A stretch of DNA of 64,000 nucleotides from Fibrobacteria bacterium (GTDB taxonomy: Bacteria > Fibrobacterota > Fibrobacteria > UBA11236 > JADFYW01), in contig JBNKOC010000025.1 of the NCBI GenBank assembly GCA_050294405.1, positions 130,628 to 194,627 on the forward strand, in the 5' to 3' direction. Each line of letters opens with the position of its first letter. Position 1 is the first letter of the stretch. Below are positions 17,803 through 28,204 of the stretch, piece by piece. Under the pieces are notes generated by a model. It was not told where the DNA came from and ran no database searches. It worked only from the letters and a program-made list of their open reading frames with translations. A program made the position numbers and the translations under genes.

Positions 17803-18990
17803 TTATAGAGCTAAGCCTAGTTTATTTTGAAAAACTTCATGGACATTCTGAGCTACGGTCTCCCAAGTTCTGGATTGGCCCACGCTTTGAATTTTTTCAT
17901 TGTTCCAGGAAGTTTTCATGGCTTTTTCCATACCAATCGCTAGTGGTTCCACGGCTCTTTTTTCGACTAAAATTCCAAGCTCAGCATTGTAAACAATTTC
18001 TGGAATTCCCCAAACCTTAGTTGCAATAATAGGCAATCCCATTGCTTGCGCTTCACATAATACATTTGGCCAACCTTCCCTGGAGCTGGCTAAGGCAAAG
18101 TAATCAGCGGCTCCATACCAGTTTCTCAAGTCTTTATTTTCAATTGCCCCTGCAAAAAGAACTCTATCTTCTATTTTATTTTGCTTGCACAACTGTACCA
18201 ACTCGTTGCGCTGGGGGCCATCGCCCACTAGCACTAATAAACTATTTTTATCCGACAAATTTGAAAAAGATTCAATAATTATATGAAAGCCTTTTCTCTC
18301 TGTTTGATGCCCAACAGAAAGCCATATTTTTTTATCCTGAGGAAGAGATAGCCGTTCCCGGGCTTTTATTTTTGAAATGGGACTAAATATATCTGGATTG
18401 ATACCGTTTCCAATTACCGACATCTTTTGGGGGCTTATGCCCATGTTTAAAGCCACATCCTGCAAATCACTGCATACATGAATAATGTGATTGGCTTTTT
18501 CCATAGCCCATATAATTTTTTTTCTAACGGCTGGGAAATTTGGAAACAGGTTTAAATCTGTGCCTCTGGCGGAAATTACAATTGGGATATTTAATTCTGT
18601 AGCGATTTTAACTGCAGCGTAGCTGTCCGGGAAAATGTAATGTGCGTCAATAGCATCGATTTTCTTTTTAGAGTGGATATTGTGGACACTTTTTCTTAAG
18701 GTTTGATACATCCAATCGCCATAATATTTCATTCCAACTTTTGGAGTTAAAAAATATCTGGGGTGGTGTATTGGGTATCCCCAGGGCTCTTCGTAATGGG
18801 GAACACTGATGAACTCCTCGTATTTTTTGCTAAAATTCCCCAAAATTTTTGGGGCATATGGGATAGGCGCAACAACAGTCCAGTCATGTTTGTATATTTG
18901 GGTATAAGCCTCCATGCGATTGCGAACAAACACAGCATGGACTTTTTGAATGGAGTTGGGAAATAAACTTGTAAAGCTAAGAATATGCAT
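17803..18990 (-). CDS. Glycosyltransferase family 4
   Basis: DAHYIFPD, ARGTD, VGH..ERKG and EGWPNVLCEA motifs. Confidence 0.9.
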   Translation of the reverse strand: MHILSFTSLFPNSIQKVHAVFVRNRMEAYTQIYKHDWTVVAPIPYAPKILGNFSKKYEEFISVPHYEEPWGYPIHHPRYFLTPKVGMKYYGDWMYQTLRKSVHNIHSKKKIDAIDAHYIFPDSYAAVKIATELNIPIVISARGTDLNLFPNFPAVRKKIIWAMEKANHIIHVCSDLQDVALNMGISPQKMSVIGNGINPDIFSPISKIKARERLSLPQDKKIWLSVGHQTERKGFHIIIESFSNLSDKNSLLVLVGDGPQRNELVQLCKQNKIEDRVLFAGAIENKDLRNWYGAADYFALASSREGWPNVLCEAQAMGLPIIATKVWGIPEIVYNAELGILVEKRAVEPLAIGMEKAMKTSWNNEKIQSVGQSRTWETVAQNVHEVFQNKLGLAL

Positions 18991-18994
18991 TGGA

Positions 18995-20170
18995 TTAGAT
19001 AAGCTTTAGTTTTTTTAAAACAGTATTCCCATGGCTTTTCCAGGTTAAATTCTCCCGTATGTATGTCCTGGCATTTTGCCCTATGGTATTGGCCAAATCT
19101 GGATTTTCCAGCAGACTTATAACTAGTTCCTTCATTTGCTGAAAATCATTTTTGGGAAAGATTAAACCGGTTTTATTGTGTTCCAGAACCGCGGTAATAG
19201 AAGGAAGATCAGGGGCGACAATTGGCAGCCCCGAAGCCATGTATTCCATTAATTTCATAGGTGAAGCGTGAATAGCAGCTTGGGGGATAACGGCAATATT
19301 TAAAAGTTGTAAATGTTTAGGAACTTCTGTTATGGAAACCATTCCGGTAAATTCCACACTTTCCCTGATGTTCAGCTGTTTCGCCAAGGATTCGATATCC
19401 AGCCTCACAGGCCCATCTCCAATAAATAAAAATTTTAAGGAATATCTTTTTTGATCGGGCCCAAGATAATTGAGGATTTCTTTAAGGCCATGCCAGGGTA
19501 AAAATTGGCCAGAACCGCCAATAACAACTTTTCCTTTTGTAGAATATTTTTCACGCAAACTACTGGTATCGTTATCGATTTCAAAATGGCTGAAATTGAC
19601 CGCATTAGGTAAAACCAGAATTTTTTCTGTTGGAATGGGGAAGGCTCCCACAAGGCGGCTTTTAAAATCATCCGTTATGGTGATAATTAAATCTGTTTTT
19701 TTTGAACAGTATTTTTCAATAATTTTTGAAATTGAATTAAAACTCAGTGGGCGGCTTCTCTCAATAGTAACACTGTCATTTATTTCCAAAACATGGGGGA
19801 TGTCCAAAACCTTTGATAAAAAAACAGCGCTAAAAGTGTTTAAGGAATAACGTTCATAAATAAGTTGAGGTTTATGGATTAATATCAATTTTAAAAGCTT
19901 AAAAAAGATTACCAGATTGTATCCCAATTCAATAATTTCAAAAATGAATTGGGGACTGAATTCGGAAATGGCCCAATATATTTTTTTTATGAGGTTTGGT
20001 TTTTGTTCCGAAGTATTTTCTGCCGCTTTTTGGTTTAAAGTGGGATCGCAACCCTGAGGGCACAACATTTTCAACTTATGGCCCAATTCTTGAAAGGCTT
20101 GGTACATTCCCATGATATGGGCGCCCTCCGCGCCTACTCCCTGGGTCCGGTGGATATAAAGTATTTTCAT
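18995..20170 (-). CDS. Glycosyltransferase family 4
   Basis: IYERY, LEIN, PNAV, WHG and SPMKLMEYMA motifs. Confidence 0.88.
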   Translation of the reverse strand: MKILYIHRTQGVGAEGAHIMGMYQAFQELGHKLKMLCPQGCDPTLNQKAAENTSEQKPNLIKKIYWAISEFSPQFIFEIIELGYNLVIFFKLLKLILIHKPQLIYERYSLNTFSAVFLSKVLDIPHVLEINDSVTIERSRPLSFNSISKIIEKYCSKKTDLIITITDDFKSRLVGAFPIPTEKILVLPNAVNFSHFEIDNDTSSLREKYSTKGKVVIGGSGQFLPWHGLKEILNYLGPDQKRYSLKFLFIGDGPVRLDIESLAKQLNIRESVEFTGMVSITEVPKHLQLLNIAVIPQAAIHASPMKLMEYMASGLPIVAPDLPSITAVLEHNKTGLIFPKNDFQQMKELVISLLENPDLANTIGQNARTYIRENLTWKSHGNTVLKKLKLI

Positions 20171-22083
20171 CAGTGCAGGGGAATGTTATGTTGCTTTGAC
20201 CAAAGGGAAAAAGATATTAAAGCAAATATTGGGTAAGAATGGTCCCGAATTCCGCTATTGTGTTCTTTAATCAATTTGCTAATATAGGAACTGTTAAATA
20301 GGGGGCTTTGGCTCAATACGCTATTTTCTCCAATATGCTCTTCACAAAAATTCTTCAGATCTTTCCTTAACCATTCTTTAAGAGGAATAGAAAATCCAGT
20401 TTTAGGGCGGCTAAAAATTTCTTCTGGAAGTATTTTTTGCAGAGATTTTTTAAAAATGTATTTAGACTCTTTGCCTTTTAGTTTCCAATGAGAAGGAAAT
20501 TTGGCGGCTAATTCCATAAATTTATGATCTAAAATAGGAACTCTCACTTCCAGGGAAACAGCCATGCTGGCGCGGTCCACTTTAGTTAGAATATCGTCAA
20601 CCAAATAGGTTTTCATATCCAAATATTGAATTTTGGACATGCCGTCTCTGGAGTCACAATGGTTGTAATGTTCTTCGAATACATTTAAGCTGTTGTAGCC
20701 ATTTAACTTTCCGGCCATTTCTGTTGAAAACAGTTCTTGTTTCATTTCTGGCAAGAAATGAGACATGCTTCTGAAATAGCCCTCCACATGATTTACAGAA
20801 AGGTTAGTCAACATGGTTTTGGCGCGCAAAGGTTGTGGCAACCAATCGGCCTTGGGATAAATGTTTGCAAAAGGTTTTATTAAATAATCTCTGGAAAATT
20901 TTGGGAGGCTTTGCCTTAAATTTTGTTCCATGTTATCAAAGTAATAACGCCTGTAACCTGCAAAATTTTCATCTCCACCATCGCCGGAAAGGGCAACGGT
21001 AACCTTTTCTCGGGCAGCCTTACATACATAGTAAGTCGGAATCATGGACGAGTCGGCAAAAGGTTCGTCAAAATACCAGGATAATTCGTTTAGCGCCTGG
21101 GCCGCCTCTGGAGTGATCGACTTTTCAAAATGATTTGTTTTGAAAAAATCTGCGGTTTTTCGGGCTTCATTTTGCTCCCCGTAGCCATTTACATCGAAAC
21201 CAATTGTATGGGTGTTTACAGCAGATTCGGAATTTTTGCTCATGAGCGCAACCACAGCAGAAGAATCCACGCCGCCACTTAAAAAACTACCGATGGGAAC
21301 GTCGCTTATCATGCGAAGCTTAATAGAATTTTCCAACTCGATAAGTAAGTCCTCTTGGGCTTTTTCAAAGGCGTTTTCATTATTGTATTCATTGTCCACT
21401 TCAAAGGATATATCCCAATATGCTTTTTCTTTTAGTTCGCCTTTTGAGTTTACTTTAAGCCAATGCCCCGCCCTTAATTTTCGGATATTTTGGTAAATAG
21501 ATTTGGGTGCGGGTATATACATCAGAGAAAAATAATCGCTCATGGCCTGATAATTAATGTCGCGTGGAAAGCCCGGATATTTTAAGATAGCTTTACATTC
21601 TGAGGCGAATATAAAACTGTTATCCCATTTGCCGTAATATAAAGGTTTTATCCCCAACCGGTCTCTGGCTAAAAACAGGGAGCCATCTTCATTGTTATAA
21701 ACGCAAAAAGCAAACATACCCCGTAAACGTTGGAGACAATCTTCTTTCCAATGGCTATAGCTTTTTAACAGAACCTCGGTGTCGCTGTGCGTGTTGAAGC
21801 TATAACCTAAATTCTCAAGCTCTTTTCGTATTTCACCATGGTTATAAATTTCCCCATTAAAAACAATACTGTATTGGCCGTCAGGGCTAATCATTGGCTG
21901 TTGGCCGGAAGCCAAATCAATAATGCTCAACCTTTTGTGGGAGAGCCAGATTTTATAATTTTCGGAATGGTAAATGCCATCTTCGTCGGGGCCACGGTGG
22001 TGAATGGCTTGATTCATGCTTTCCATGTGATTGCCAAAATCTTCCCGAGGACGATTGGATAAAATGCCTGCTATGCCACACAT
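20170..22083 (-). CDS. asnB: Asparagine synthase (glutamine-hydrolysing)-like amidotransferase, EPS-associated
   Basis: N-terminal MCGIAG (Ntn Cys), HRGPD, RLSIID, FNGEIYN, LSGGVDSS, SGDGGDE and KVDRASM motifs. Confidence 0.92.
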   Translation of the reverse strand: MCGIAGILSNRPREDFGNHMESMNQAIHHRGPDEDGIYHSENYKIWLSHKRLSIIDLASGQQPMISPDGQYSIVFNGEIYNHGEIRKELENLGYSFNTHSDTEVLLKSYSHWKEDCLQRLRGMFAFCVYNNEDGSLFLARDRLGIKPLYYGKWDNSFIFASECKAILKYPGFPRDINYQAMSDYFSLMYIPAPKSIYQNIRKLRAGHWLKVNSKGELKEKAYWDISFEVDNEYNNENAFEKAQEDLLIELENSIKLRMISDVPIGSFLSGGVDSSAVVALMSKNSESAVNTHTIGFDVNGYGEQNEARKTADFFKTNHFEKSITPEAAQALNELSWYFDEPFADSSMIPTYYVCKAAREKVTVALSGDGGDENFAGYRRYYFDNMEQNLRQSLPKFSRDYLIKPFANIYPKADWLPQPLRAKTMLTNLSVNHVEGYFRSMSHFLPEMKQELFSTEMAGKLNGYNSLNVFEEHYNHCDSRDGMSKIQYLDMKTYLVDDILTKVDRASMAVSLEVRVPILDHKFMELAAKFPSHWKLKGKESKYIFKKSLQKILPEEIFSRPKTGFSIPLKEWLRKDLKNFCEEHIGENSVLSQSPLFNSSYISKLIKEHNSGIRDHSYPIFALISFSLWSKQHNIPLH

Positions 22084-22112
22084 AATTTATAATGTAATTA
22101 TTTGCATTAAAT

Positions 22113-22145
22113 AAAAAAAAGCAAAGGCAAATTACCTTTGCTTTT
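22113..22145 (-). terminator. Rho-independent terminator after epsI
   Basis: Minus strand reads AAAAGCAAAGG-TAATTTG-CCTTTGC followed by 8 T. Confidence 0.75.
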
Positions 22146-22197
22146 ATAAATCGTAAAATTAATTCATAACTTTTTCTAGCATAGAGTTAGGGCTATC

Positions 22198-22839
22198 CTA
22201 ATTTTTTAAGGCAGGGTTTAAATATTTCTCCAGGGCGGGGAGTAACACAGAGGTAAAATTTTCAAATTTCTCTTTTGCAGCCTCTGGGGATTCAGATTTA
22301 TTTTCAGGGCTTAAAAGACGAATTAAGGCGGCTCCTTCGGATTTTTGCCCGAAAAGGCCTCCCAAAAACATTTTAAAGGAAGATTGCAAATAATCGGAAG
22401 TGTACTGGTCTTTAATTTTGTACCAATAATACACTCTGGATCTCATGTTCTGATGATCAATGGAAATGACTGTTGCGTCTACCGGGTTATTTTCCATGCG
22501 GACTTTTTGAAGGGAACCCACATGAGCTCCCGATCCCCTTAAGCAGGCTTCCTGAGCATGAGCAGATTTCCGGTTACTGCGAGAAATATAAGCTACCACC
22601 AAGGACATGTATCGGTTGCCATCAGAATAGACTCGTTTGATAATATCTGTAGTCTCTAGTCCCCTGAGCTCAGATTCACTTGGAGCTGTTTGGCTTACCA
22701 TTGTCCAGGAACCCAATTGTTTGGGAATGTTATTGGTAAAATCGGTTTCGCTGCGAACTGGCTGTTTAAATAAAAATAAATGGGTTAAAGTGCCGCTAAG
22801 GGCAAGACTAATAATTAAAACCCATTTGCCTCCCATCAT
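22198..22839 (-). CDS. epsI: EpsI family protein (exosortase-associated)
   Basis: N-terminal TM, IPKQLGSW, KRVY, AHAQEACLRGSG, VYYWY and GAALIRL motifs. ATGA-type overlap with the exosortase gene. Confidence 0.85.
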   Translation of the reverse strand: MMGGKWVLIISLALSGTLTHLFLFKQPVRSETDFTNNIPKQLGSWTMVSQTAPSESELRGLETTDIIKRVYSDGNRYMSLVVAYISRSNRKSAHAQEACLRGSGAHVGSLQKVRMENNPVDATVISIDHQNMRSRVYYWYKIKDQYTSDYLQSSFKMFLGGLFGQKSEGAALIRLLSPENKSESPEAAKEKFENFTSVLLPALEKYLNPALKN

Positions 22840-23711
22840 CCTAGCTTCTCAAGTTTTAAGAATTTTACAAATAGGCTGGATAAATACAAACAAGCCAGCG
22901 CCCCGGCGAAAATAAAAAAGCCTGTTAACAGGTGGATATCATAATCCATTATCCGTGGTTTAAAGACAAAATCCGCTCCCCAAAAAAAAACCAGGTATGA
23001 TACGATACATATACGAATTCCATTGCCTATAATGGCCGCAGGAATTATGGTAATAAGGGAAGCTAAAACTGCAATGCTTCCTTTTTTTCTGCTGGACCAG
23101 GCGTATAAAGTGCCCAAGGCAATTAGACTCAAAAGGCTTCGCAAACCGGAGCACACATCCCCAATGGCCAGTTTTTCTTCTCCGAATAACATATAGGAGC
23201 CAATGCGAACAGCTGGGACGCCGGTTATATTAAGCAGGTAAGATGCCAAATCGGAGGCCCAGAATTTTAACTTGAAATTGAGGCTGCTGATAATAAAATC
23301 GGGAAGCGGAATGGCAAAAAACAAAAACAAAATAGGGAACCAAAGTGTGTTGTAGCCTTTTAGTCCCCAAAGGCTAATGCAGGCGCCGCTAAGGACAAAT
23401 AACATGGAAAGGCCCGAAAGTGAGGACACATCAGCCAATCCGGAAAGCAGGTGCGTAAAAATACCTGCAAAAAATATTAGAAGTCCTAACCCTCTGTTTT
23501 CATTGCTGGGGGGAGCAATCTCGTCTTTCAATTTCCAAATTAGCCAAGCGCTAATAAAGGGAATTAAGTATCCATGACTGCTGTAGGAATTTTCTTCCTC
23601 GAAGCGGCCATACATCCAGCGAAATGTGGGGATGTAATTTGCAATAAAAACAAGGGCGAAAAAAAGCCCGTATCCCCAGCTTATAGGCTGCGCTTTGCTA
23701 ATCGAGTTCAT
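22836..23711 (-). CDS. xrt: Exosortase (EpsH family)
   Basis: YSSHGYLIP motif and catalytic triad Cys (DVCSGLRSL), Arg (NGIRI), His (DIHLLTG), with about 8 TM segments. Start uncertain (ATG 23711 or TTG 23762). Confidence 0.92.
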   Translation of the reverse strand: MNSISKAQPISWGYGLFFALVFIANYIPTFRWMYGRFEEENSYSSHGYLIPFISAWLIWKLKDEIAPPSNENRGLGLLIFFAGIFTHLLSGLADVSSLSGLSMLFVLSGACISLWGLKGYNTLWFPILFLFFAIPLPDFIISSLNFKLKFWASDLASYLLNITGVPAVRIGSYMLFGEEKLAIGDVCSGLRSLLSLIALGTLYAWSSRKKGSIAVLASLITIIPAAIIGNGIRICIVSYLVFFWGADFVFKPRIMDYDIHLLTGFFIFAGALACLYLSSLFVKFLKLEKLG

Positions 23712-25632
23712 CCTCTTGTAAATACTGTTGATATAGTGAGTCTGCTTCGGCTCTTTCTTCAAATTTTAATTTGGAGTCCAGGGCTGCTTTTAAATTCTTT
23801 TGGGCTTTTGCCTCGTTTCCAGCCTGGGACTCAATCCAACCCATATGATACAAAAATGCCGGATGGTCCGGCACTATATTCAAAGCGTATTGGATGTGGT
23901 GCCTTGCGGAATCCAGTTTTCCGTTTTTAGCCAATATCCAACCGGCAGTGTCCATAACACGAGGATCATTTTGGTTGCTGGCAAGCAGCTTGTCCACAAA
24001 GGGTTTTGCCTTTTCCAGATTTTTTTCTTCAATCCCGAATTGCCAAGCAAGATTATTCAGGGCGACGATATTGTTGGAGTCTATATCCAATTCTTTTTGC
24101 AATAAGCTTACATATTTATGGCTGTCTGTTTTCTGATGAAAAGAAGCCAGAATACTGTTTATTCCGGGGGCGCTTGGATATTTGCTTTTTAAACGTTCTA
24201 ACAGTTTTTGGGTTTTAACTGTATTTCCCCTTTCCATGTTAAGGGTAACGAGGGTAAGCTCCTGGGGAAGACTTAATTTGGCTTGCTTTTCCAATATTTC
24301 CAAGGCTTCAACCTTCTGCCCGATGCTGATTAATTGTTTGGTATACAAATCCACAGCCAGAGCATTTCGAGGCCATTGGCGATAAAGGTTTTGGGCCGTT
24401 TGTACCACCCAAAATTTTTGACTAGTTAATTGAAAAAAACGATTCAAAGCCCATTGCCCTATGAAATTTTTATTGGGCTCCAACATGGACATAAAATCAG
24501 TTAAAACTTTTTTTAGGGTATCGTTTTGAGATTGAATTAATTCAATGGCTTTAAAATCCTGATCCAAAGCCACATAGGTTTGCACATATTCAAATTCTCT
24601 TCCTTTTTTGCCGGTTTGTACTTCCAGGGTTTTAAGGAACTGAAGGGCTTTGGCCGGGTTTCCAGCAGCCAACTCCAAAAGATGAGCTAAAAACAAATTT
24701 CCATTAGCCAGCTTATGATCTAATTCTCCAATGGCAAGGTATATGGTGCTGGCAGAATCGTATTTTCCTTGCTTGGCTTTAATTATGGCCAACTCAGATA
24801 AGGCGGGAACATTGCTTTCCCGGGCTTTCAAATAGGGGTGTAAAATGTTTTCTGCTTCTTCCAACTCATTCAGCACAGAATGAAGGCGTGCTTTGCGGAT
24901 TAATATGGGCATTTCTTTTAGGCTGTCTATTTCAGCCCATGCTTCTAGCCAGATTTTTGCGGAATCGGGCATCCTATCACGCAAATAGGAGTCTACCAGA
25001 TTTAAATTCGCAGCTGCCATTTTTGGATCTTTTTGCAAGATGTCCTGTAGCAGCTCTCGAGCTGCTACATTTTGCCCCTGTGCGGAAAGCATGCCAGCCA
25101 AAGGAATTAAAGCCGAAATAGAATCTGGGAAACTTTTATGCAGCACTCGTAATTGTTCTTCGGCCAGATCGTATCTGCCTTGGCGGGCCCGGACCTGGGC
25201 TAAAAGAAAGCGCGCCTCAAAGTGGGAAGGATCCCGCTTTATGAGCTCAAGCAAACTTTCAAAGGCTAAATCAGGTTGATTGGCTTTAAAGGCCAGACGG
25301 GATAAAATGAGTCTGCCTTCCATGTTCTTGGGGTGTGCCTCCACAAACTGACGGGTGTTATTGATGGCCATACTGAGGTTGTTGTTTTGCAAATTTAAGG
25401 CATTTTCCAGGCGGAGCACTTCCAGGGAAACATAAGGTGAATAATTCCCTTCTTTTGCAGAATAAGCTTTGATATATTCTTTTTGAGCTGCCGAATAATT
25501 GTTTTGTTTAATTAAATTTCTACCGTTAATAATATGTCTTGCATATCTTTTTTCCGGTGTGTTTTGCCAATAGAGGAAAACGGCACCAACGGCAATTAGT
25601 AAGCAAATTATGGCAATTAGAATTTTTTTCAT
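23698..25632 (-). CDS. TPR-repeat protein, PrsT-like
   Basis: N-terminal hydrophobic anchor and multiple TPRs. C-terminal ALNNLAW / DTAGWIL / YHMG motifs typical of PEP-CTERM system TPR proteins. Confidence 0.75.
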   Translation of the reverse strand: MKKILIAIICLLIAVGAVFLYWQNTPEKRYARHIINGRNLIKQNNYSAAQKEYIKAYSAKEGNYSPYVSLEVLRLENALNLQNNNLSMAINNTRQFVEAHPKNMEGRLILSRLAFKANQPDLAFESLLELIKRDPSHFEARFLLAQVRARQGRYDLAEEQLRVLHKSFPDSISALIPLAGMLSAQGQNVAARELLQDILQKDPKMAAANLNLVDSYLRDRMPDSAKIWLEAWAEIDSLKEMPILIRKARLHSVLNELEEAENILHPYLKARESNVPALSELAIIKAKQGKYDSASTIYLAIGELDHKLANGNLFLAHLLELAAGNPAKALQFLKTLEVQTGKKGREFEYVQTYVALDQDFKAIELIQSQNDTLKKVLTDFMSMLEPNKNFIGQWALNRFFQLTSQKFWVVQTAQNLYRQWPRNALAVDLYTKQLISIGQKVEALEILEKQAKLSLPQELTLVTLNMERGNTVKTQKLLERLKSKYPSAPGINSILASFHQKTDSHKYVSLLQKELDIDSNNIVALNNLAWQFGIEEKNLEKAKPFVDKLLASNQNDPRVMDTAGWILAKNGKLDSARHHIQYALNIVPDHPAFLYHMGWIESQAGNEAKAQKNLKAALDSKLKFEERAEADSLYQQYLQEDELD

Positions 25633-25740
25633 AAATTTAAGAACCTATTTAATGAAACTGGCTGAATTTTGTGCTCCAAGAAAAGATATTTATAATCTAA
25701 TAACTGCTGCAAATATAGTTTGAAATAAAGGAGTTTTAAT

Positions 25741-28152
25741 CTGGAACGGGTTAGCAAAAACAAAGGTAAAAACAACAAGAGGGGGATATCCTTTACCACC
25801 CTTTTGCATATTCTGTGGCTAAAAAAATGGATTTTATTGGTAGTCTGGGGAGCCATTGCCCTTCCTGTTGCGGTTTTGTTGTCTGTTATTGATTTGCCAA
25901 AGTCCTATACGGTGGATACTGTAATGCGTTTTCCTTCGGTAGAAGGAGCCCAATCTGACATTATGCGCGATGTGGCTATTACTCAGTCCCAAAGTATTGT
26001 AAACCTATTTAAGAGTTATTCGGTTCTGGAGTCAACCGTTAAAAAACAAAAATTGCAATTAAGGTTAAATGACAAATCCCACTTCCGTTTGAAAACTTTT
26101 GACTATATAAGTTATACAGATGAATTGGGAGTTGGTGCGTACGAAATAACCTTTTTAAGCGGGGGAAATGTTCGTTTGGATTATACTCCCACTACCAGCA
26201 AAAACAAATACAGTTTATTCACAGGGCCTCTTATTAATAAACGCACTTTGGAAATTTTAGGGCTCCAACTCATTTTTTCTACGGAATTTTTAAAATCTGC
26301 CACGGTAAATTCCATTTTGACCTTTGACTTTCACACAAAGGAAGAAATTATCGAGACCTTAAGGAAAAAATTTGACATTGCTCCTTTAGGAGGCGCCAAT
26401 TTTAAAATTACCCTAAAAGACAGGGACCCCTGGCTAGTTGCAGATATATTAAACCAACTAAGAGATGAATTTTTGGATGTATATTACGGCACCACTGATG
26501 TTCAGGATGTGAGTGTGCTGGCCCAAATGGAAAAAAATCTTGCCCTTGCCAAAGACAGGTTGGAAAAAAGCCAGAATGAGCTTTCCAATTATTACAAAGA
26601 GCATCCTGAGCTGATAGCTCGGGAGAATGATGAAGAAGGAAGTAGCTTAGAATATTTGGAATCACGCAGTGAATTAGCGGATTTGCGTAATCGTATTGCC
26701 CGGCTTAAAGGTTCTTATTCTGCAAAGCCCTTGGGCATGAAAAATACGGAGTATTATTACTGGTCCCATGAAATATTATCCCGTATGGCGGAATCTGATG
26801 AAGCTAAAGCCAATATTTTGCGAAACCAAATACAAAGTTTAAATGAGAATTTAAATCAGGCTCAGTCTACCTATAACCCCGGCCACCCCAAAGTGGAAGA
26901 AATAGAAATTCGCTTGAAACAAAAATATTCCGAAATTGATGAAGTGTACGCAGCCTTAATGAATAAGCTCAATGGCCAGGAAAGCCGTTTACAACAGCAA
27001 ATGGCCGCCAACGCCCCTCGCAGAAGAGCCAGGGCTTCTGTTAAAGTGCAGCTTGAATTAGAGCGCCTTGTTACAAACAATACTAACAACGAAAGAACAT
27101 ACGACAGGTTGCTCACTCAATTTAACCGGGCTAAACTTTCAACCGGTTCTGAATTTTTTAAAGTGAACATTGTTGATAAAGCCCGTCCAGCTTTGTACGA
27201 ACCTCCATCTTTAAAAGGAAGGTTAATTATAGCTGGAATTGCCGCGTTTATACTTGGGTTTTTGCCGCCTTTGTTTGTGATAGGTTATAACATTTTGTTC
27301 GTTCGAATTTGGACTCAGGATGATATTAAAAACTTTTTGAATTTGAAATGTTTGGGTTTTGTAAACTACCGGAAGGTAGACGGTTATTTAAATTTGCCCT
27401 TATTTGGAGGGTCTCGCCGGGAGCATAATTCGCTGGATCCCTTGTTACTTTATCACGGAGATTCCCACACTCTGGAGGATTTGGAAAGTTACAGGGCAAT
27501 TCGGGAGGAATGTCTCACTTATTTTAGTGAAGAAAAATCCGGGCCGGCATTGGTGTTGCTCACCACTTCCACTCGCCCTGGGGAAGGCAAAAGTACTTGT
27601 AGCTCTAACCTAGCTCTTAGTTTTGCTCGCACAGGTAAAAAAGTTTTGTTAATTGATGCTGAATTAAGACTTGGCCAGATTGATATTATTTTCGGAAAAA
27701 ATGGGGAATTGGGTCTTATGGATTTATTAAGGAAACCTATTTCTTCAATACAGGATTTTTTGGAAGAGTGTAAACAAATAATAATGAAAACCGACCAAGA
27801 AAACCTGGATATTGTGAGCAAAGGTAAAACAGATCCTTCTGCTGCGGAGATGGTGGGTTCAGAAAAATTACGGGCTTTTATTGAATGGGCCAAAATGGCT
27901 TATGATATTGTGATTATTGACACACCTCCTTTAGCAGTTACCGCAGATCCACTAGCTCTTTTAAATGAGGTGGATGGGGTGGTGTTTGTAACCCGTTCAG
28001 GCAGAACCATATTATCCGAAGCCAGGGAATGCATACAATCCATACGAGAAAGAAAAGTTCGGGTGGGAGTTATCTTAAACAGAGCTAGTGTGTCTCCCTT
28101 TAAACACAACAAATACCGCAAGTACGGATATTATTACAAGATTGGTAATTAA
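25741..28152 (+). CDS. wzc: Polysaccharide co-polymerase / tyrosine autokinase (fused Wzc-type)
   Basis: Two TMs around a coiled-coil with YNPGHPKV. Walker A GEGKS, LLIDAELR, IIDTPP and C-terminal Tyr cluster KYRKYGYYYK. Start placed at CTG 25741 (the ORF track uses TTG 25804). Confidence 0.88.
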   Translation: MERVSKNKGKNNKRGISFTTLLHILWLKKWILLVVWGAIALPVAVLLSVIDLPKSYTVDTVMRFPSVEGAQSDIMRDVAITQSQSIVNLFKSYSVLESTVKKQKLQLRLNDKSHFRLKTFDYISYTDELGVGAYEITFLSGGNVRLDYTPTTSKNKYSLFTGPLINKRTLEILGLQLIFSTEFLKSATVNSILTFDFHTKEEIIETLRKKFDIAPLGGANFKITLKDRDPWLVADILNQLRDEFLDVYYGTTDVQDVSVLAQMEKNLALAKDRLEKSQNELSNYYKEHPELIARENDEEGSSLEYLESRSELADLRNRIARLKGSYSAKPLGMKNTEYYYWSHEILSRMAESDEAKANILRNQIQSLNENLNQAQSTYNPGHPKVEEIEIRLKQKYSEIDEVYAALMNKLNGQESRLQQQMAANAPRRRARASVKVQLELERLVTNNTNNERTYDRLLTQFNRAKLSTGSEFFKVNIVDKARPALYEPPSLKGRLIIAGIAAFILGFLPPLFVIGYNILFVRIWTQDDIKNFLNLKCLGFVNYRKVDGYLNLPLFGGSRREHNSLDPLLLYHGDSHTLEDLESYRAIREECLTYFSEEKSGPALVLLTTSTRPGEGKSTCSSNLALSFARTGKKVLLIDAELRLGQIDIIFGKNGELGLMDLLRKPISSIQDFLEECKQIIMKTDQENLDIVSKGKTDPSAAEMVGSEKLRAFIEWAKMAYDIVIIDTPPLAVTADPLALLNEVDGVVFVTRSGRTILSEARECIQSIRERKVRVGVILNRASVSPFKHNKYRKYGYYYKIGN

Positions 28153-28204
28153 GCGGGCTAAATTCCAACGGAAGGCTTTTGCAACTCTAAACGCTGAAAA
28201 AAGG

